A stretch of 60,746 nt of DNA, filler included, from Sphacelaria rigidula (lineage: Eukaryota), in the NCBI GenBank assembly GCA_964200075.2. It is 10 parts of 10 records of this genome, joined end to end, with 100 filler letters (N's around TTAATTAATTAA, not from the genome) between each part and the next. Parts side by side here need not be neighbours in the genome. Positions count along the whole stretch, not along the records: positions 12,171 to 18,155 come from CAXNAA020023000.1; positions 18,256 to 24,240 come from CAXNAA020023001.1; 8 more parts are not named here. One strand, written 5' to 3'. The notes under the pieces were generated by a model that ran no database searches, was not told where the DNA came from, and saw only the letters and a list, made by a program, of their open reading frames with translations. Position numbers and translations under genes: made by a program. Shown here one piece after another: positions 12,861 to 24,145 of this stretch; the first letter of the stretch is position 1, and every line of letters begins with the position of its first letter.

Positions 12861-13514
12861 TGTGCCTTGTTCAACTCACCAACGGCCCATAGCACGGTCT
12901 TGTATTTGCTGGTGACTAAGGCCAAGGCAATGTTCAATTGTTGTCAACTGAGTTGCTCTCATGTTCTCGTAACATTGACGGCATAACCGGTGTGTTCGTG
13001 CTCCCGAATGAACGAAGAAGCGAAAAAGATAAACAAGGAGAGAAAACATCCCGCCAAGAATAATCATGTTTGAAGATTTCCTTGGTCTTCAACAGGTTTT
13101 TTTTTGTGGTTCGGGTTCTCGTTTAAGGTTTTCCATGATCTTGAAAAGGCTTTCGTGGTTCGGGATCGACACCCCGCGAAAAAAGGCCAGTTTGAGCGAC
13201 TTTCGGTGGCCAGAACACGCGCCACAGGTATCAGATGACACCCAAACCTGAACGGTAATGTACCGCTGAGCTTCAGTGCGCTGCAAAAGAAAGCGCGGGA
13301 AAAAATTCCACACCCTGGACAAAAGAATACACAGTCAAAAAAGTGTACTGCGTACAGTGTCGACTATTGCGCCTACTGCAATACAATAGACAATAGATTC
13401 CATACCGTACGCAGTAAAGTTTTTATAATAGAATCTATTGTCTAGGGTGTGAAAAATTCCTCGCCACCAGGGAAAACTCGGCAAAAGTGGTGAAAAATGT
13501 GAAATGATACATGT
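12861..13514 (-). repeat. Left arm of a long diverged inverted repeat (partner 15302-15748), interrupted by a 143-bp MITE
   Basis: TGTGCCTTGTTCAACTCACCAACGGC and GGTGACTAAGGCCAAGGCAATGTTCAATTG match the reverse complement of 15670-15748. Colinearity continues to GATACATGT. Confidence 0.85.
13309..13451. mobile_element. 143-bp MITE with an 8-bp target-site duplication (hAT-like)
   Basis: TIRs CACACCCTGGACAA / TTGTCTAGGGTGTG flanked by an exact AAAAATTC duplication (13301-13308 and 13452-13459). The partner arm lacks the insertion. Confidence 0.85.
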
Positions 13515-13520
13515 TTATAT

Positions 13521-13848
13521 GTCGGTCGCCTCGGTGGCTCGGCTGTTAACCTCGAAACCTTGCGACGGTTGGGACGTGCCTTCGAATCTCGATAGAGTCA
13601 CACGATCTGTATTTTTTTTCACATGATGCCAACCAATCAAGAGTGGAAAGCGGCTATGTCGTGAGAACACAAAATTCGGCTTCGCGCCGGACGAGGGAAA
13701 AGAGCCGTCGGTCCCTCCTCGTGATAGAAAGGAAGACAAGTCCCGCAGAAGAATGGTGGAGCACTAGAACAAAATGAATAAACAAGAAACTCCTGTAAAT
13801 GTTTTCCCTCCCGTGTGACCCCGGCTGATGTGCCCACATATACCGAGA
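13521..13848 (+). mobile_element. SINE family 1 copy
   Basis: CGGTGGCTCGG head, TTCGAATC B box and GTGTGACCCCGGCTGATGTGCCCACATATACCGA body. Confidence 0.8.
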
Positions 13849-13858
13849 TGTGTAGTCT

Positions 13859-14224
13859 GTGTGTGTTGTGTCGTCATCCTATGTCCTGTATTCTGGACGC
13901 CAGTATACACCTCCGGTATATGTGAGCGCATCAGCCGGGGTCACACAGGAGGAAGGCCAACACATGAGTGTTTTTTTTTGTTTCAGTACTCCACCTTCCT
14001 TCTGCGGTGCTTGCCTTGTTTTTTATCGCGAGAGGGGTTTATCCGTCCCTTTCCCTCGTCGATCGTGGAGTCGAATTTTGTGCACCCACGAGATAGTCAC
14101 TCTCCGTTGTTGGGCGTGGTCTTAAGACATACCCCAGATCGTGTGATTGCACCGAGGTTCGAACCCACGACCCAACCGTCAGGACGTTCTGAGGTTACTG
14201 ATTGAGCCACCGGGGCAACCGGCT
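13859..14224 (-). mobile_element. SINE family 1 copy, tail-to-tail with the previous copy
   Basis: The reverse complement gives GCCCCGGTGGCTCAATC...GTCGTGGGTTCGAACCTCGG, the same body and a CA-rich tail. Confidence 0.8.
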
Positions 14225-14554
14225 GCTCTAGACTACTAGGTATTTCAAGTATGTTGGTAACATCTGTTCCAGATGATATTCCATGTCAATCGGTCAAATG
14301 TGTTTTACTCATTGGTATTCTACTTGTGTCGGCCACATCCGTTCTAGAGAGATGTTCTACATTTTCTGGTCACATCTGTTCTAGACTAGTAGATACCCCA
14401 CGTATATGCCGGTCACATGTTGTCGGGACTACTAGATATCCCACGCATGTCGGGTAGATCTGGTCTAGACAAACGATACTATCTGCTCACGTTCGGCGCA
14501 TGTGTTGTCAATAGAACATGTGTTTTTCATGTTGTGCTGTGCGGTGGTATGTAC

Positions 14555-14711
14555 CACACCCTGGATAATGGCATTTTACTGCATTGTCAACAAGTGTACT
14601 GCATAAATTTTGGAATCTGCCGCGTAATGCAATGGACGCAACAGTCAATAGTCGATACTGTACATATTACACTTTTTGACAACGCAGTCTAGTGTGATTA
14701 TCCAGGATGTG
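14555..14711. mobile_element. Second, older copy of the small CACACCCTGG-ended MITE
   Basis: TIRs CACACCCTGGATAAT / ATTATCCAGGATGTG, with only a partial TSD. Confidence 0.7.
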
Positions 14712-15301
14712 CGATGCACCGTAACCTTGGGTACCTACATCGAATTGATGAAACAAAAAGAGAGGGAGAGAGGCAGCGAGCGAGATGCACCACGGAAATA
14801 TGGCGTGCGATAGCTCACCCATTAACGGTGTGGGGTCAGTGTACCTAGATACGACACACACAGGTCATCATCCATGAGCCGATATATATCTACTCTTACA
14901 GTAGTTTATTACGCATCGACTGAGGAAGGCATCCTGTGTTCAGCAAAGATGAAAATGCACTGCTGTTTGATACAGGTATTATTATGAGCGTCTCATTAGC
15001 TTCGATCGGCCGTATCACGTTTCTGTCGTGCTGTCGCGTACTGTTGGATTTTTGTGATCTCACCTGCGGCACCACGACTGCTCAAGCGTTTTTGATCTCC
15101 CCCTTTTTTTTGCATGTTTTTTGCATGTTGTTTTGTGTATTTGTGTATTTGTGTATTTGTGTTGTGCTACATACACACTGTCAGGCAGGTAAATACTGGG
15201 TGTATATTTGGCTTCTTGTGATTTTTCCCACGGCACGACCACTACGCAAGCGTTTTGACCATCTCCTCTTTTTTTCGGCATATCCACCCATAGCTGTATG
15301 T

Positions 15302-15748
15302 ACATGTATCATGTCACATTTCTCACCACTTTTGCCGAGTTTTCTCTGGCGGCAAGGCATCTTATCACGCGCTTTCTTTTGCAGTGCACAAAGAATGCGC
15401 AGCGGTACATCACCTTTCAGGTTTGGGTGTCATCTGATACCTATCGGGCGTGTTCCCGTCATCGAAAGTCGCCCACACTGGCTCTTTTCCGCGGCGTGTC
15501 GATCCCGAACCACAAAACCTCAGGATGATGAAAACTTCAAACAGGAACTTGAACAACAAAAGCCTGTTCATGGCGGGGAATTTCTTTGCGTTCTCGTTGA
15601 TTCCGGAGCACGAAGACAGCGGCTATGCAGCGAATGTCACGAGAACATGAAAGCAAAGCAGTTGAAAACAATTGAACATTGCCTTAGCCTTAGTCACCAG
15701 CCATAACAAGACCGTTCAATAAGCCGTTGGTGAGTTGAACAAGGCACA
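15302..15748 (+). repeat. Right arm of the long inverted repeat
   Basis: Reverse complement of 12861-13514 minus the MITE. Confidence 0.85.
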
Positions 15749-16005
15749 CACGTGGGCAAATGTCCTCACTGTGGGTCGGCTGTGGAGGACCAGCGCAGTT
15801 AGGTGACAAAACCCCTGTGATCATGCAACCCGTAACAGAGAGTTCTCTCAAAGGATGTACCTGTGAAGTACCGGCGCAGGGATGTCCTTGCGACAGGGAT
15901 GACAGAGATGTTCTTATGACAAGGATACATCCCTACACGAGTACTTCACAGAGGGGACCTAAAGAAATGTACGCACATAACGGTTGGTACTATGGAGATG
16001 CCACC

Positions 16006-16050
16006 AACCCTAACCCTAACCCTAACCCTAACCCTAACCCTAACCCTAAC
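16006..16050. repeat. Interstitial telomeric-type repeat (AACCCT)7.5
   Basis: A perfect CCCTAA array inside the contig. Confidence 0.95.
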
Positions 16051-18077
16051 ATCGACCAAGGCATACCGAGAACTCTCAGGCAAGGGGGGTGCAGAGTGTT
16101 TCTTAAGTAAAGCGCGCGTGGCGAGAGCTCAAGGCGACGCCTTTCGAGAGCTCAAATCGACACCTTTGAGCCGATTTTGGACCAAATTATATTCTGGACG
16201 ACCTGGGTCTACTGCTAACCACTGCTCATCTGCCCCACATCATGATTTTTTTCAGACCTTCCTTCAGTCTGAAATCAAGTAAAATCGAGTTCCAATCATT
16301 GTTTGTGTATATTTCTTCATGTTTACCAGTGTTGCGCCAAATGAAAAGTTAAATGTGTGCCAATTTTCGCACACAAGAGTGATCGTATAAATTTTCAGCT
16401 GGAATCACCCGCGAAGTAGGTGTAGTCCACACGAGCGAGGGGTTTCAGAGGGAGGACCTACGGCCCAACATGCAGCATATCTGAAAAGCCATGTTCAAGG
16501 CTGGATTGTCGGCACAAGTTGCAGGCGTAAAACGGGATTATGTCCCGCGTTCGGTGGTGTGCATGGTGTTGCTCGGTACGGGTTCCTTGCGGGCCCCATG
16601 GTCCGACGATAGGTGGCGACTACGCTTCGCGTTCCAGCGCATCACCACGCCTAGGATGTTGTATATAGAGTGTGCAATCCGCCTGAAAAATAAGCATCTC
16701 AATTGCTTTCGAATAAACCTAGAACGGCACGATCGTTTGCATCCATGTCTGGCGGGGCAGCTGATGGATTTGAAATTTGAAAACTCCGTCATGACCAGTA
16801 TAGAAAGTGCAGTATAAGCTGTGATACGCTGATGCAACGTAAGGTCTACAGACAGTACCCGTACCGTGATACTGCGTAACCGCATCTGAGATGCGGCGTA
16901 ACCAGGGCGTACATAACCGCATCTCATCTTTATTTGGATACTCTCCCACGACGGCAAACTCCCACTTTCCAGTGCAACTTTGCTTGTGGATTTCTCGCCT
17001 GGAACTGCGCGTTCCATCATGAAACTTTGCACACTAGTCGGACATAACACAAGCAGCATATGCGCCGCCCAAGTGGGCCCAAGACTTTCCTACAACATGG
17101 TCACAAGCGATTTCGGAGAATGGCCTCCATGCGCCCTCAAATCGGCTATACAGCAGCCCAGCCTTTGCGTACTGCGGGCGAATGCATATATGCACGCGCA
17201 GATGCATAAACTTGGACATGTTGAGCGGCTGGGCGGCCGATGCGGTAGCAAACTGGCACCGGTCTGTACTGCGGCTCTTTCTGGATCATGACCATCTGTA
17301 GTGTACCGATCGGCATACAGTCTGGAGAGTTACGCAGTTCATGACGCACGGCCCTAAGCGCGCTGCAGCTGCTGCGAGGCGCTGAAACTTCGCTCATAGG
17401 CTGTGCAAACCGCAGTCAACAGTTCCAAGTCGCTATATCTGGTGCTGTGCGCTGCAGCAGTGCGCACTAGAAGGAAAAACGGTCAGACTCTGTTCCGAAG
17501 AAAATGTTTTTTCCCTTTTGGCGCAACACTGACTTCGCAGGGACATATCTCCGCCGGTACTTCACAGGCTAATACCTGTGAGTTAGCCCGCTGCTTCGGA
17601 AAGCAGATACACAGCAGTGCAAGTGTGGAGTAACTGTGCAGGGATGTCCCTGGGGGCACTCAACAAGCATAGTCGCACACATGAACAATACGGTAGTTCG
17701 GATCAATACATCTCCGCAGTCTAACTAGTACATAATACAGGGTGTGGTCCTATATGTATACATCATGCTGTATACTACCGACAGTATATTGCGTTCCTAT
17801 GCAGCGGGTTTATAGTGCAGGAGTCTAGATATTGTTTTCCCATTTCCCGAAAAAAACAATAATCCACCCCCAACATCATACCAACTATCCAACCAGTTAA
17901 CCCATTAATTAACTAATCGACTTATTTACTGAACTATTTGTTCACGTTCATTTATTCACATATTTATTGATATATTTGATCATTTATTCAATTATTTATT
18001 TAATCATTCATTCCATTAGTTTATTGCACTAGAAAATGCGGGTATATGGTAAAATAAGATAATAATTGAATTGCGGC

Positions 18078-18155
18078 TAAGGGCCTGTCTTAACGAAGGG
18101 GATAATCCCCTTTTTCACAATCTACTTTTGACAGGGGATTGGCCCCATAACGACC
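18078..18155 (+). repeat. Dispersed repeat fragment, second copy at about 43625-43700
   Basis: Shared TAAGGGCC...TAACGAAG...TTTTCACAATC...ACAGGGGATTGGCCCCATAACGACC. Confidence 0.75.
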
Positions 18156-18321
18156 NNNNNNNNNNNNNNNNNNNNNNNNNNNNNNNNNNNNNNNNNNNNT
18201 TAATTAATTAANNNNNNNNNNNNNNNNNNNNNNNNNNNNNNNNNNNNNNNNNNNNGGCCAGAAGAGCTGGGCAGTCCCTCAACAGCATTCAGACGCTGCA
18301 GTACTAGCAAACCTGCTAGCG

Positions 18322-19458
18322 TCACAGTTCGGAACTACCGCAATTCAAACAGAACGGTCCGAATGTTTTGCGAGCAGCATCCTTTGCTTCCCGAAAGGAA
18401 AAAGGTTCATATAAAGGAGGATCACGACCCTTTTCACCAAAATGCTGGTTTTGTCTCGCCCCAATGGAATGGACATGTTGCATTTCTACATCCTTTTCCT
18501 TGTATAATTCCGAGATCGCCATCACTCCACCAAACTTGCGACTGTGTAAAGTCTTCGCGTAGTGTCGAGATCTGGTGACTACACCACCCGCAGTGCCAGT
18601 ACCGAAACGCGAAGGAGCTACAGCTACTGACGTGTTTGTGTTGAAATCACGAAGGGCATTCATCATTTGTTCAACATCGTGAAAGGGGAGAGGTTGATGA
18701 TGTCTACCAGCGAAAGCTTGGGCACTTATGTTGGGAAACTGATCGTTTATACCGTTTTTAATGGCGGATTATATTGAGCCATTACCAGGAGCCAACTCGC
18801 GACCAACACTTTGAACATTTGCTACCAACATCCTCAATTCCGCCAAGTATGTAGCAAAAGTGGTGCCAGGTTCAACCGTAAAGTTGACTAACAGTCCCAT
18901 TACTCCTGCGGGCGTGACCTTACCGAGTGCCCTACTTGGTATACGCAGCACATGGTCGAAGGCTTCAGGTCCGGTTGACCCCGCGGCTTGCATTCTTATT
19001 GCTTCCGTTGTCACATCAGATATTTGCGATCTTAATTTGGAAATGGTCTGAGAATGGTGGGAAGATTTTCCACGAATTGCCCTGAGAAGATGTTTCTATA
19101 GACACTTTTCCCACCCTCTTTTCCAATAAATGGGTTCAGAGTCCCCCACAATTATGCGCATATCTTGTATGGAATCACGGAGAGCTGCTCCAAACGCAAC
19201 CAAGTCTGCCACGTCATGCTTTACGCTCAAAGGTAATTTTGGTAATTCTATCAGGACAGAAGTATCCATTTTGGCATATTCTCGTGGTATGTCTGCCGCA
19301 GTTTTTTCTGTGACGAACGATATATTACCTTGAGCTACTACTGTGACAGGAGCAGTAGACGGGACAACAGTTGTAGTTACAACCGGGTTAGATGACACTA
19401 CTCTAGCTACATCCAAGACGGGTGCCACGCTTCTGTCCCTATTACTACTTAGGTCCAT
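18322..19458 (-). pseudogene. Retrotransposon gag-like relic of about 378 codons with two in-frame stops and a truncated zinc knuckle
   Basis: ORFs 19096-19458, 18769-19014 and 18322-18666 share one frame and are separated only by single TAG/TAA codons. The frame contains a capsid-like FATYLAELRMLV stretch and ends in CLNCGSSE, the first half of a CCHC knuckle. Confidence 0.6.
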
Positions 19459-20291
19459 CCTCTCTACTGCACGTGAGGCATACCTTTTCTTTCTGGACTC
19501 ATGTCCTCCAGCATAGTACCTGGGCTACCCATCCCTGCCCGGCGCCTGAGATCCATAAATCGAGCAAATGTATCATCACTCGTGGTGGCCAATACAATGA
19601 CTCGGGCACACGAGTCAATACTCGTGGTTCAAAAACGAAATAGCTCTACAGTAGTGGGCGGTCTAACTATTCAGCGGGGTTTTGGGGTTTTCCTCGCGTA
19701 CTATTCTTCGATAGAACTCGAAATTGCTAGCGTCGGTAGATTTTGGTACAATAAACAGGGAACGGTATTGGAAAGGCGAGCCTACGTCTGTGACCACGGG
19801 TTCGCGAGAACGGACTAATGTGCGGAAATAATAATAATAAAAATAAACAGATGGTCCTCAAAACAAAGGGTCCAAGTCAGTGGTAGTTGGTGTTATCGAG
19901 CGAAACGAGTAAATTCCCCGTTCATCAGGGGGTGTTATTGACCGTGAAACACAGTTTTTTGGCTCTAGTGCCATGAACAGGAAGAATTTCAGAAAAGTAA
20001 AACTGTACATTTTTTTAGAAATATAATCCAGAAAGGCTCGATCAACCGAAAATACCAAAGAGTAAGAATCTGGGCTGAAACGTCGCAGGACCCCCGATGA
20101 CCGGTCAGCCCGTAAGTCACTCAATATTGAGTACAGATGAATTTTTTTCCTTGGAATGTGGAGCGGATACAACTATCTTCAGATCCTCAATGTGATGAGC
20201 GGTGGCAAGCGAAAATAGCCCAAGAAAACCGCCAATTACGAAGAAATCACAAGATGCCTCAAACTGAATAGTTAGACCACCCACTACTGTT

Positions 20292-21359
20292 GCACTCGAG
20301 TCATTTTATTGTTGCAAAGGGATAAATGACTCCAGCACACGAGTAACTACTCGTGGTTCGAAAAAATTATGGCTCGAGTAAAAGAGTCGTTGCTTGTGGT
20401 TAAAAAAATGAACAGCTCCACCACTCGAGTCATTTTTCGTCGGGAAAACAATAAATGACGCCAGCAAACGAGCGGTCGCTCGTGGTGGGAACAAAATATT
20501 ACTGGAGTACACGAGTCAGTACTCGTGGTTACAAAAACGAAAGGGTCGAGCACTCGAGCCATTGCTCGTGGTTTGAAAAATAAATGACTCGAGTACAAGA
20601 GTCACTGCTCGTGGTTTGAAAAATTGATCCCAGCAAACGGGTAATTGCTCGTGCTTTTCAAGATTAATGACTCGAATACACGAGTCATTGCTCGTGGTTC
20701 AAAACATGAATAATTCTAGCACTCGAGTCATTGCTCGTGCCGAAGGAACAGCTGACTCCAGTACACGAGTAACTGCTTGTGGTGGAAAAAGCAAATGACC
20801 CGAGTAAACGAGTCATTGCTTGTGTTCCAAAAAATGAACAGCTCGGCCACGCAAGTAATTTCTCGTGGGGAAAACAAAAAACGACTCAAGCAAGCGAGTC
20901 ATCGCTCGTCGTGGGAAAAAAAAATATTACTGGAGTGCACGAGTCAGTGCTCGTGGTTACAAAAATGAATTGCGCAAGCACTCAAGCCAGTGCTTGTGGT
21001 GAAGAAGTAGCTGACTCCAGCACACGAGTCATTGCTCGTGGTTTGAAAAATAATGACTCGAGCAAACGAGTCATAGCTCGTGGTTTTCAAAACTACTGAC
21101 TCGAATACACGAGTCATTGCTCGTGGTTCAGAACATGAATAGCTCTAGCACTCGAGTCATTGCTCGTGCTGAAGGAACAAATGACTCCAGTACGCGAGCC
21201 ATAGCTCGTGGTGGAAAAGGCAAATGGCTCAAGTACACGAGCCCATGCTCGTGGTTAAAAAGCAAATGCCTCGAGTAAACGAATCAGTGCTCGTGGTTTA
21301 AAAACCAAAATGAGTAACTGAAAGGTAAACGAGTCATCGTACGATAGGGGAGGGGGTAT
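20292..21359 (+). repeat. Minisatellite of about 43-bp palindromic monomers with a roughly 429-bp higher-order period
   Basis: Monomer TGACTCGAG(C/T)AC(A/T)CGAGTCATTGCTCGTGG plus an A-rich linker. Block 20668-20770 recurs at 21097-21200, and block 20326-20570 recurs at about 20752-21000. Confidence 0.9.
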
Positions 21360-21551
21360 GTGGTTGCACGAAAACCAAGGCTGGTAAGTGTGTCAGATGA
21401 CTTGCAACACTCGAGATGCGCTTGTATTTCGGTCAAAACGGTGTCAATCGGTATGAATGAGCGTCATGTATCTGTAACAAGCTCGTCCGAGCAACCGTTC
21501 CTGATTTGAGCGGCGATTTGCCTTGGAATTTCGTGCAAGAAGTGGTCCGAA

Positions 21552-21870
21552 ATACCCCCCCCCCCTATCGTAGGATGACTCAAACGGCTCGAGCAAAAGA
21601 CTCACTGCTCGTGGTGAAAAACTAAATAATTCGAGCAAACGGGTCATTGCTCGTGGTGAAGAAAATGAATGACCAGAGCCCTCGAGTCGCTTCTCGTGGT
21701 GGAAAAATAAAAACCTCGAGCACTCAAGTTACTGCTCGTAGTGGAAAATAAAAATGACTCGAGTACTCGAGTCGTTGCTCGTGGTAAAAAAGTACGTGAC
21801 TCGAGCAAACGGGCCATGCTCGTCGTTTTTACAAAATATATCCCTCAAGCATACGAGTTATACTCGGTGC
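21552..21870 (+). repeat. Second array of the same monomer, beginning with an inverted copy of the first array's terminus
   Basis: Starts ATACCCCCCCCCCTATCGTAGGATGACTC. Further monomer clusters occur at about 19558-19635, 53115-53285 and 53514-53620. Confidence 0.85.
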
Positions 21871-22825
21871 TTTGAAAAAACATCAACGAGGGCAGTCGTT
21901 TTGACGGGTCATGATTCGTCCGACGTTTGATATTTTTGAACAAAACATGCGTGATTTCGGTCAAGTGTAGATAGAATGTTGTTATTTTAGCACCTTAGTT
22001 ACTCGTTCGATCCTACCGTGACATGTCATGATGGGACCGTCTCTGGTCGCAGCTCCCTTACCACTGCGTACGAATGCGTCGATTATCCTGACGAACGGTC
22101 GACAAGTTGCCTGGTTCACCACCCAGTTGGTCATTTCTCCAAGCGACGGTAGAGAGGGTGGGGTACCTTCCCGAGATCCCGATATCACAAAGAATTAGGG
22201 GCAGAAGAAAAAATAGCAAACTCGCCGTTCCAAATGCTGCCGTGCTGCGGTACTATTGCCAGTTGTGCAATCCTCATTCAGTGCAACCTTGCAGACACAT
22301 GGGCTGGAGGAGTCTTGAGCGAAAAACTAAACAATTATATACGAAGGATGGTACTAATCCAAATTTATGTATGACAAAGAATGAAGAAAAAAGTTGTAAC
22401 CGATTATTATGTAAAACAAAAAGGAAGCAACTACAGGCTGATCCAGCCTAGAAACGGGTTGAAGCTCTCGGAGAAATATCTCATCGATGCAGACGACTTG
22501 GGCCGTGAACCGCATATCGCATGAATCGTCTAACGAAGGGAAAGGTGCCCATCTGGTCAAACATCTGGGCCGATTGTGTTTCTCGTTGATCAAACCCCAT
22601 CTCCAGTAATGCATATGCCGTATGGATATAGCGTCCATCCTAAAGTCTATATGAAACCCCGGACGATGTATAGAGCTCTACAGAGGACGACGATTTTTGG
22701 TGTGGACATTTCCTGGAGCACGGGAAAACGATGGGTACCCTCACTTTCAACTAATTCGTTATCTACCTCGAGATATGGCGCACATAAGCTTCCGTACGAA
22801 AATCAATATATTACGAGCAAAGGCA

Positions 22826-23035
22826 CTGTGTGTGTGTTGTTCTCCCATCTATTCTGGACGCCGGTCTACACCTTTCGGTCTATGTGCGCGCACCAGCCGG
22901 GGTCACACAAGAGGAAGGCCAACGCGGGAGTTTTTTTTTCATTCGTTTTAGTGCTCCACCTTCCTTCTGCGGTGCTTGCCTTCATTTTTTATCGCGAGAG
23001 GGGTTCAGCAGTCCCTTTTCCTCGTCGACCGCCAT
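22826..23035 (-). mobile_element. SINE family 1, 3' half. Other fragments lie at 23630-23682 (head), 42040-42145 and 48679-48748.
   Basis: CAGCCGGGGTCACAC and CTCCACCTTCCTTCTGCGGTGCTTGCC body motifs with (GT)n. Confidence 0.75.
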
Positions 23036-24009
23036 GTATATTTTGTGTACATAACCTTTGATCCCAACTGGACCGCCTGTGGGTTACACACGATATATTT
23101 GTCTTGATTTTCATACTTCCTTTGTTTCATAAGTCTGGGAACTCATGTTGGGAAAGACCGTTAACGGTCTCGGAAGTCTTCGGCGATAACGTTTTCGAAA
23201 TCTTGAGCGTTTTTTGGGTTGAAACACATTTTTTTTGTCTTGCGCACTACCCTGCGTGGTCTAGCGGCTAACAAAAAAGTACTCAGGCCGAAAATGGCCG
23301 TATTTTGACTACTTTCCGCTGAGGGGGGGGGTAAGGGCACGATAAAAAAACAACACTTACAACCCCAAGAATTGTCCCCAGCCCTGAACCTAACCCCCCC
23401 CCTATTCAACGATCCATGTCGCATCCCCCGATACTAAAACCAGTATAATAATGAGCCTACACTAAAACCAATATACTTGGGGGGCAAGCCAACCAACAGT
23501 AGGCCCCCCTCTACTCAGCTCAAAGGGCCAAAATGGCCATATTTTAAACTTTATTTTAGTATGGACAACTAACTTTCCTTCAAATTTGTTTCTTGCATCA
23601 GCTTCGTTGGCATTTCAACTTTCCAGAGAACCGGTCGCCCCGGTGGCTCAGTTGGTAACCTCGTAACCTTCTGATGGTTGAGTACGCACACGCGGCCATT
23701 CGGCTCCTGTTTGGAAATCCTCTATCGTGATTTTCATCCTCCGGAGGGTAAATGACCCTCTGGAGGGTCTATACATGACCATATCGCTGCTGCTGTGAAA
23801 TGCATACCCCAGCAATCTTGTGGTACTTCATCACCCGCCACGTGCACAGATCGAACCATGCAAACCCTGCGCACAACACTTATTCCCAGCTACCACCACA
23901 ACCCCGCAGGAAAGGGCACGGCTTGGGCACAGGCACGGCAGCGGCGGCACCACGCGGGGTACATCGGGTGCGGGGAATGACCGCGGCTTACTGTTTACAC
24001 ACTCGAGTA

Positions 24010-24145
24010 ATCATGGACAATGCAGCCATGGACAAAGCTGCGCACGCGGTTCAAGTCGTTTGCACGTCTCACTGTGAGCAGAAAACATTTATAGTCCTGC
24101 GCCGTCTGTACTGCATACTTTGTCCGCTTCCCTTTCACGTCCTAC
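24010..24145 (+). repeat. Dispersed repeat, with a diverged inverted copy at about 44570-44700
   Basis: Both copies translate to related pseudo-peptides (MDNAAMDKAAHAVQVVCTSHCEQ / MDSAVCTKLHVAEVLFTSHCKQ) and align at nucleotide level. Confidence 0.6.

Noticed and set aside
14936..15706. 256-aa ORF
   Set aside because: It runs through low-complexity TG/T-rich sequence and a repeat arm, has no recognisable motif, and the partner arm does not keep the frame.
16006..16050. True chromosome end, and PNPNPN / LTLTLT ORFs
   Set aside because: The array is short and internal with sequence on both sides. The peptides are just translations of the repeat.
20292..21870. CRISPR-like array (palindromic repeats with variable spacers)
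   Set aside because: The repeats are degenerate, the linkers are short, A-rich and related to each other, there are no cas genes, and the context is eukaryotic.
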